Origin: Eledone cirrhosa
Taxonomy: Eukaryota
Direction of reading: 5' to 3'
Assembly: GCA_964016885.1 (NCBI GenBank)
Contig: OZ024742.1
Location: forward strand, 41,540,001 to 41,604,000
DNA: 64,000 nucleotides
Made by a program: the position numbers and the translations under genes. The notes beneath the pieces were generated by a model. It did not search any database. It was not told the origin of the DNA and saw nothing but the letters and a program-made list of their open reading frames with translations. Within the stretch, counting starts at the first letter, position 1. Every line of letters begins with the position of its first letter. This document shows, one piece after another, positions 55,476-64,000 of this stretch.

Positions 55476-58400
55476 CTATAGTCTGATGTTGAGTGAAGGC
55501 CCATTCACACGGGCCATTCTCGCCACTTTCACCCATCTTTCATAAAAACGGCTGGGGTGCAGCACCTCTCTCTCCATCCTGATCCTTCTTCCGAAATGAT
55601 ATCGGAAGAAACGGACCAGTTGTTGACCAGAGAGAAAGGTGTCAGACCTCAGTCCTTTCAGACGCGTCCACCATACAACCTCTTTCGCTATGGCTATTAC
55701 GCACAGAAACACCACCTCTTCTTCGTTTTTGAAGAGGGGAGGCGACTTGATCGTTACAATAGACTCGGTGGTCAACCGGATCGGTCCCACCCTTGACAGC
55801 AGTTGTTTGACATAGCCCCACAGATCGGTAATGCCCGAGCAGTGTACCAATGCGTGTGCAACGGTTTCCTGGTCGCACACGCATCTGGGACAGATCTTTT
55901 TCGAGGGGTCCCTACCCGGGCGTCCGTGTCTGTAGAGCCTTTCTCGAACGGGTAGAGCCCCTCGGTAGCACTGCCAGGCCAGGGACCTCTGGAAGTTATC
56001 CATGGGTCCCGGGCTGAATGTCCCACCGAACAGGTTGGCCAGTTCGTCTTCCTCCATGCGTAGGGCTTCTCTGAGGGCGTCGTCGCACCTGCTAACCACC
56101 AGCCCTCTATAGAATGACGAGGTGGATTCTCCACTGACAGCCGGGTCCGCCTGCCAGAGAGCCGTGAGCGCCTGGGCACACTCGGTGTGCCAGGCGCCCA
56201 GTTTTCTCGGTCTTTGCTTCACCCAGGATTGCAGCTCGGTGAGTGAGACGAGTCTGGGAAAGGCTCGCCTCACAAACGGGGCCCACACCGGTTGACCGGT
56301 GAGGAATACCTGGAGGTGCCGTAGCCTTAATGCGTGTTTACGCATCATTAGCCACGGCATCCCCAGCCCTCCTTTCGAAGGGTGTTGACAGCAGATGGAT
56401 CTCCTCACCATAGGAGCCCACTTCTTCTAAAGGAATTGGAAGAGTGCGCGCTCCATTTTGGCGAGCGTTTCCCTTGGGCAAGGCACGACGGTCAGGCGGT
56501 AGTAGATGACAGACGCTATATAAGTGTTCGCCACCTCCGCCCGACCTTTCAGGGACAGTTTGCACTCAGCCCACTTCTGGGTCAGTGCAAACACCCTGTT
56601 CGTTACCTCACCCCAGTTCTTCTCCACCTGGAGGTCTGGTCCGAACCAGACCCCGAGCAACTTCACCGGGCCCTCCGTCCAGCGCCCGACGACACCATCG
56701 GAGGGCATTGATTTTCCCCTCCACGTGCCGAGTTGCAGACTGATCGACTTGTCTCGGTTCAGCTTAGCCCCTGTAAACCTTTCGTACTCCTCCAGTAAGG
56801 TGCCGATCGCCCCGATTTCCGAGGCCGTCGACACCATTACTGTTACGTCATCGGCGTAGTCCAACACCGCTTTCCGCAATCCCGGTTCCAGCGGGATGCT
56901 CTGCAACAACTCCAACTTCCGGAGCAGTGGCTCTAGAGTCACTACATACAGAAGGGAGGAGAGAGGGCACCCTTGTCGGATGGAGCGCGCGATTTCGAAC
57001 GGCTCCGAGAGGTAGCCGTTCACCTTGACCCTAGAGCAGATGCGGCTGCTGTGCATGGCATTGATCCAGCCCCTGAAAACGGGTCCGAAGCCTGCCGCCG
57101 CTAGCACCGCATCCAGGTAACCATGGTCGACCCTATCAAACGCCTTAGATTGATCCAAGTTGATCAGCGCCCCACCAAAGCCGGGTTCGTTCCCAACCCT
57201 CTCTATGATGTATCGCATGAGGTGGAGGTTGTCGTGGATAGACCTGGACGGGATAGCACATGTCTGCGCATCTCCCACCAGGTTGCCCACGACAAGCCCC
57301 AACCTCTTTGCTAGCACCTTGGCCAAAATCTGTAACTCTGTATTTAGCAGAGTTATGGGCCTGAAATTATTTATATCGTCCCCCTTGTTCTCGTCCTTCC
57401 TCACTAGCGTGACTATGCGCTTGGTCATAGCACAGGGAATTCTCTCGTTCTGTTGCCAGTTGCAGTAGACCGCCTCGAGGAGATCGGGGAACAAGTCCGG
57501 CATAGCTAGATATAGTTCGTATTGAAGACCATCGAGACCCGGGAATTTGCGTTTGCCGCATTGGCTCAGCACGTCCTCTATCTCAGCGGCTGAAATCGGC
57601 TCCTCGCAGGACTTCGCCTCCCTGTCCGAGAGATGCGGCAGGCCGTCGAGGTATGGACCGAAGTCCACTTCCCCAACCGGCTCCCCGCCCCTTCCGAACA
57701 ATCTGGCAAAGTGCTTTTGAAATGCCTCGCACATCTGCTTAGGTTCAAGGAAAACCCGTCCATCCTGGTCCGCTCTTTTTCCAGAGCACGTATTTTGCTT
57801 CGGACGATGCAGCCTTCGTGTTTCGCGTCGAAGAACTGGCCCAGGGCCGTTCTCGACGCTAGCACTCTGGCCACGTCGCCGCTTCTAATTGCCTCTTCTA
57901 CACTATCTACCAACTCCCTTTCCTTCCTATTTCTATTTGAGGCTAACTCCTTACTAAATTCTATAGAGACTACTCTAATCTCTCTTTTGAGAGATCCCCA
58001 CCCCCTGCTGTTGACGATGGCGCCCGTCAACCGCTCCTTAACTAAAGTGCTAATCCGGTCCCTGTAAGCCTTACTTGCCGGTAAGGACAAGTTCAGCTTC
58101 CAGTAACCGGGTCCCTGTCTATGAGTTCTGTCAAGGTTGACCATGCAGGTCACTAACTTGTGGTCTGAATAGCCAACCATGCGCATTTTTGGACAACTTA
58201 AAAAGTCCTTATCCTTATTTCTAACTAAGAACCTATCTAGATACGACCTAGATGATCCGCTGCGGTTTGCCCAAGTCCAGGTTGGCGCAGTCGGAAAATC
58301 TAGTCGATATCTATCGGCCAGGTCAAATCGACCGATTAACCCTTTGAGGCTATTACACCCCTCTCTATCGGGACAGGCCTCTACGTAGTCCGAACGTGCA

Positions 58401-58818
58401 TCTAGGATACCATTCCAGTCCCCCACTAATAGCAAGGAGCGGGACGTCCCTAGAAAAGTCTCCAGACGATGGAAGAAGTCCGGCCGCATTAACCCGGTAG
58501 ACGGCTACCAACCTAAACTCTCCGCCTTCACCACTGTCAAGGTCCAGAACTACTAGTCGACCCTCTAGGTCTGTGTTGCGAGACCTAGATGTTTTTGCAG
58601 CAGAACGACAACCCACCCCCACCTCCGGGCTGACAGAGAGATGCGTGCATCTCAAAGTCATCAAAGGTGGGGGCCAGCTGACTCACGTTGCTGATCCGGG
58701 CCTCGCAAATAACCATCATATCTATACGTTGTGACCTGAGGTCATTTAGAAGCATTGCTTGCTTCCAAATTGAGCCCCGGCCACGCGCATTTAGACAGCC
58801 TACTCTTAGTATAGCCAT
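55476..58818 (-). pseudogene. Tx1-like ORF2 (APE endonuclease, RT, zinc finger), frameshifted
   Basis: CLNARG, GDWN, SYLDRF, SDH, GYWKLN, FRPITLLN, DQSKAFDRV, RQGCPLS, YADD, CPRC..ETVAHALVHC. Confidence 0.9.
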
Positions 58819-59606
58819 GTTGGTGGTGAAGAGAAAAGGCACTTACCTTTCTGCGTCCCGGGTATCGGACTGCACAATTTCCATGATGGTGGGGGATGGG
58901 TTGTTGGGTGGGGTGGTGGTTTGTGGAAGTGTAGGGGCATCAGTGTGTTGTGTGGTTGGGGTGTTTGGAGTTGTGTGGGTGTTTGGGGAGGGGATGGGGA
59001 AGTTTTTTAGGAGGACGCGGTTAATGGGCCCGACGCAGGGGGGGGGGGGGGGGCACGTCCTCTTTAAAGTTGTTTTTTAGTGTTTTATATGTGTCCTCTG
59101 GGGCCTTAATCATTTTGAGGTGGGGGAAATCCCCTGCCTGGGTGAAGTTAGGCCTTTGGGTTTTTACTAAATTGTTGTACACAATGTTTAGCAGTTTTTT
59201 ATTTCTTGTGTTTATGTATGTGTATGCATGTTTTTGTTTTTGTGCGGTGTTTTTTGTTTGCTGTTGTTGTGTGCTCTTTTGCGTTGGTGTCTGTGTTATG
59301 TTTTGGGGGAGGGGTTGTTTTCATTTGTGTGTCTGAGGTGTGTTTTCTTTTTTTTCTTTTGATTGTGTGGAAGTGCTCCTCCTCGTCTGACGACGAACGA
59401 GGGTCATCTTCCGCGTTGGAGGGGAGGGGTAGATTTTCGGGTTGTGTTTGCGGTGTGGGTGTTTTGGAAATTTTTTTTTTTTGAGTGGGGGGGATGGGTT
59501 GGACATTGTTTTGTTTTGGTTTGAGCTGTGGTTGTTGTTTTTGTAGTGGTGGTTGTGGTGATTGTGTTGGTTGTGCAGTTGTTGGTGGTGTAGGAAGGAT
59601 TGGGGT

Positions 59607-60650
59607 TTACTTATTAAGTTGAGGACAGACAGCCCTCAGGTGACCTATGGCTCCACAGAGGTAACACGAGGGCCGCCTACCCTCAACGGTAATGTTGATA
59701 AAAGTTTGATCATCCAGTATGACGCGTTCAGAGATCTGGGCGATCCTTTCGGGTCTCATTTGAACTACAAGTTCGAGGCCCGTTCCACTGAACGCGTCAC
59801 CCGATGCCTTTCCCATGGATATTAGTGTGTCATCGTCTAGGTCTAGGAAACCTGTCAATACCTACCATATGTCCATAATCGGAAGGATGGTGTGAATTTT
59901 TATTTTTTGTGTCCTTCTACCCATGTACGTAGGGTAGAAGGTGTATGCGGTGGATGTGATTGGTTTTATGGACAGTTTTACTGCTGTGTCCCTGTCCTTC
60001 ATGAGAATGGATAGACTCCCATAGAGTCTATCCTTCTGAATGAATATGATGTATTTCATGACATCTTTTAAAACCAGCTCTATCTCACTCTGTGATGGTT
60101 GAGCTGGTTTTTTGCTTTTGTTTGAGACTGTCCTAAACATGACAGTGTTTAGGAGTCTCTGGCTTTTTAGTTCCGGAGAGGAGTGGATCGAAAATGATCC
60201 ATTTTCCCCGTACACTATGTATTTTTTGGCATCTGCCAGTAGCTCTTTCGCTTTGCTTATATCTACTGGCAGATAGTCGAGGGTTTTCCTTGCCGTCTGG
60301 GCGAAGGAGACCTTTTCCTTGTTTGTGTTGCTGTTGTAGTTGGTGGTGTTGTTGTTATCACAGTTATTGGTCTTGTTGTTGTTATTGTTATTGTTGTTGG
60401 TGTTGTTTTCGTTCGTAGCATTGTTGTTGTTGTTGTTTCTGGTGCCGCTGGTTGTGTTGGTTTTGTTCATTGTTTCACACTTTTGGTTTGTTGCCATGGC
60501 AACGTCAAGTTGTCGGTCAGCGGGTAGAGAAAATCCTTCCTCTGGCTGACCTTTGTCTTTGACATCTGCTACTATGACAGTGGCAGGGGGAAGCTGTAAG
60601 CATATCTTCCCCTTTCCTCCTTCGAATGTTGGTGAAGAAGCTTTAGCCAT
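59607..60650 (-). pseudogene. Tx1-like ORF1 (gag-like, CCHC knuckle), disrupted
   Basis: 262-aa ORF with an Asn-rich tract, followed by CYLCGAIGHLRAVC in another frame. Confidence 0.8.
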
Positions 60651-60886
60651 TTAAAAAAAATGTTAGCTTTTAAAAAAAAAACCTCTTGTTAACTATTTCG
60701 CCTAAAGGCGTAGAATATTTTGAGAGACTGACCAGATCAAAATTCGACCTGGCAGTCCCTCTACAAAATGGTACAAAAATGAAAGTTTACAGTCAAGAAT
60801 TTCTATAGAAATTTAAGCAGAACTTACTCAGCAAGTTTCACGCGTGTGTCCATCCCAGATAGATAGATAGTGTTTGTAACAGATAA

Positions 60887-60912
60887 TCTGTAGGCTGTCA
60901 TCAGCGAGAGAT
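60887..60912 (-). ncRNA. 5' half of the split hammerhead ribozyme
   Basis: ATCTCTCG-CTGATGA-CAGCC; 8-bp stem I partner lies at 55147-55154. Confidence 0.7.
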
Positions 60913-61257
60913 AGATCAAATGAATCAAAACACCTCTAACAGCAATTTGAGGACTAAAGATATGTTGTATGGTTAAGATTAATTTTTTAAAACATTAGTG
61001 GTATCTTATATCCTCGTAATTTTAGACACGGAATTTACTGTGTTTATTTATACATATATATTACTATATAATGCTCGGTATTTATACTTTGAGCTTGTTT
61101 TAATTTCAGGGTAACTATACGAGTTAATAACTCTATATTTTATTTGTATTTCGGTTCCTTGAATGGGTGAGCTTATAAACTGGGTGGGATAAGGCTATTA
61201 TTTCTAGCATAACTACTCATACCACGTATAGCGTGCAGACCACGAGGAACATGAAGG

Positions 61258-61370
61258 CGTGTGGTTGAGTGTTTAGAGAATTGGAGTCACAATCTTGAAG
61301 CTGTGAGTTCGATTCCCGGACCCGGCGATGCGTTATGTCCTTGAGCAAGACACTTTATTTCACGTTCTCC
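61258..61370 (+). mobile_element. tRNA-derived SINE head (family B-like)
   Basis: GAGTTCGATTCCC B-box, then GTCCTTGAGCAAGACACTTTATTTC. Confidence 0.7.
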
Positions 61371-62098
61371 TTCTACCTGGAGTTGCGACCGATAGATAGT
61401 ATTAGGAAATGGAAAGACCAATAGAAACATTATTTCCTCGGTCCGATTTGACGAAAGTCGATCGATCCTTTATATATATATGCTTGTGTGTCTGCGTCTA
61501 TATATGTATGTTTGCATGTATGAATGAATACACTAAGCTTTAGATTTAGTAGAATGTACAACCACTGATTCCAGCTATTTGCACTATCGTATATTTTGGT
61601 TTCTAGTAATTGGTTTCTGGGGAATTGGTTGACCAAATGCTTTGTTTAATTGTTTTATTTATTAAAAAAAAATGTTATTCTTTCTCTTAGATTTCAGGTA
61701 TTTTTTGAAAGCAAAGCATTGGCCCCTAAAATACTACAGTGGGCCCTGCCATTGGGCAACCTGGCCAGTCCGCCACTGCGTATGGGTTATATCGAACATT
61801 CATAATAATATTTGATTCGTTTGTAAACAAACGGCCCGATTATAGTTGTGCCGTGCCGATGACCAATCGTCATCCGTTTGTTCAACACTGGTATTGAGGA
61901 ACAATCAACATATTTATTGGTTATTTACCTTTCTGCCAATCTGTTGAACGGTTGAAAATATATAGTATTTTCTGAAGTATACATCGGCTGAGTAGCCTCA
62001 TTTGCATACCAAGCGAGTTACGGCTGGCCTTGTTGAAAGTTAAAAATAATATTAGAATTGTATTTCTCGCTCTAGCACAGCTGATACAAAAATGTTAG

Positions 62099-62262
<164 letters not shown>

Positions 62263-62950
62263 CATGTATGTATATATTTTTTGTTCAATGAAAAAGTGTT
62301 AGTTGATTTAGAATCAGCTGACTTATATATAAGAGATGTAAAACACTCAACGGTATATGTTTATCAGGAGTTTTATAATAATAATAATAAACGAAAGACA
62401 GTTACTTTAGTCCATCCCAATTTATTTTGTTATACGTATTTCGAAGATGCAAGGCTTATGTATAACATAAGCCAAAACATGCTCTCTTCAGATAAAATCC
62501 ACGAGCTGTTCAGATCCGTGGCCTTGGAAAAAAACCTCAACACAGAAGATATTATATGAGTGGGAGAAATATTACAGTTGGTATTGACGTTTTTGAACTG
62601 ACGATAGTATGATGATACCGGATTGGTAAAAAAAAAATAACAAAAACAAATATTGACCGTTAGTCTATTTATTTATAATTTATGTTAGATTAAATTAGAT
62701 ACTATACCAAAAAATATATTCGAAGATGCTAATGTAATACTTGTTTCTACTATTGGCACAAGGCCAGTACATTACTGGTACTTTATTTTACCGACCCCGT
62801 AATGTAACTATATAATAACGAAACAATTTTAATAGTTTAGTATACTATTTTATTTTAGTAGATATTATATGAGTGGAAGAAAATATTTAACAATTGGCGT
62901 TGTTATTTTCAAACTGGCTAGGGTATCTGGATACCGGATTAATAATTTAG

Positions 62951-63520
62951 TTCAAACTTTCCTACTCGAATACTAAAAAATATTGCCCAAAATATAGCTA
63001 AAATTAACAATAGAAATCTTGGAATTAAATATAGGGAAATAACTCACAATAATAATCATAGAATCGCTAATGGAATTAACATCTCAAATAACAGTCATAA
63101 TTCCATTAACATAGACGAGGGAAATCTACCGACTTATGGACAGAGTGGGAACTTTAAATAGTAACGTAAATAATTGTAAAAACCGTAATCTTTCTTCACT
63201 TAATAATAACTGCCTTGATCGTAAATTAGTTCATAAATGCATAGTTAAAACGAATGATAAGTCTTATAGTTATATTGGTGCAACTAAATTTAAAGAAAGG
63301 TGGTATAACCATCGCCACTCGTTTAAAAGAAAAGATAAAAGATTTAGCACGGCCCTCTCTGAACACAAAGTCTGTTCAGTTTTTGGTGCAAAACTCCAAT
63401 ATGGTTACACAGACATTGTGGGCAGAAAACCAGAAGATTATTCACCGCGCGCGATTGTCTTTTCAAGCGGACACGATTGTGTTTTCAAGCTCACCAATCA
63501 GTGATGTCTATAATTTGTTA
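62951..63520 (+). mobile_element. Penelope-like element remnant, GIY-YIG endonuclease
   Basis: FKLSYS..NIA..IN, then NNCLDRKLVHKC..SYIGATKFKERWYNHRHSF..STALSEH. Confidence 0.8.
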
Positions 63521-64000
63521 CCTAACACATTAGAAGCGTTTAATTGATATCACTGATGCACTGATATTTTTTTTTTTTTTTTCAGTATTAACTTCTGTTG
63601 TTTCAACAAACCAGCAATGGAATTGGTTTCCGACCAACAAACCTCCGTTAGTAATCTTACAATAATTTTTAGTTTTCCTTTGCAGTTATTTATTCGTTAT
63701 ATATAACTACACTCATTTCACCCCTTCTCTCTTTAACGTTTCCTTCAAAGACTTTCACCTCCCACCCCAAGAATTTTTTTTAAGACCTTTCTGTATATTC
63801 GTAACTTCCGACATGAAAAGTCGCTTCCAGAGAGGCTGAAATATACATCAACAAATGGATATATATAAAATAAATACATTTAATAATCAATAAATTGTAC
63901 CGCGTTTGTTGTTATCAATTTCCATTGTTATAGGTACTTATGTCAGTGTTAAACGACCAATCAAAATTGTTCACATGACTTATTATTTTACCATAAAAGA

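Larger units (their letters stand above)
55211..60869 (-). mobile_element. Full-length Tx1-like LINE with 17-bp TSD
   Basis: TSD GTGTTTGTAACAGATAA at 55194-55210 and 60870-60886; ORF1 and ORF2 present; A-rich 3' end. Confidence 0.92.
54922..61149. mobile_element. Fold-back hammerhead element interrupted by a Tx1-like LINE
   Basis: 54922-55107 is the reverse complement of 60961-61149; the reconstructed spacer contains a hammerhead. Confidence 0.8.
53826..61778. mobile_element. Possible non-autonomous hAT element hosting nested insertions
   Basis: TIR CAGTGGCGGAC at 53826 and GTCCGCCACTG ending 61778; 8-bp flanks GGTAAGGG vs CGTATGGG (6/8 match). Confidence 0.45.

Noticed and set aside
56382-60549. 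Plus-strand ORFs overlapping the Tx1-like element
   Set aside because: Antisense shadows of ORF1 and ORF2

Overview
AT-rich, repeat-dominated animal genomic DNA. The SINE/LINE complement and very long (TA)n/(TATG)n tracts suggest a cephalopod such as Octopus, which is an inference only. One host gene is supported: a 4-coding-exon, ~352-aa ETS-domain transcription factor (+, 26097-32741) with an EHF/ELF3/ELF5-like but divergent DNA-binding domain. The rest is mobile DNA: many tRNA-derived SINEs, a 5'-truncated RTE LINE with a 736-codon ORF, a near full-length R4/Dong-like element in a (TATG)n tract, bipartite RTE-derived short elements, two Tx1-like LINEs, and CRE, Gypsy and Penelope remnants. 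The most notable hidden layer is a set of type I hammerhead ribozyme motifs in small fold-back or direct-repeat elements embedded in (TA)n. One of these hammerheads is split by a full-length Tx1-like LINE with a 17-bp target-site duplication inside stem II. Most ORFs in the supplied track are microsatellite or antisense artefacts. All calls were made by eye with no database searches, so boundaries of degenerate elements are approximate.
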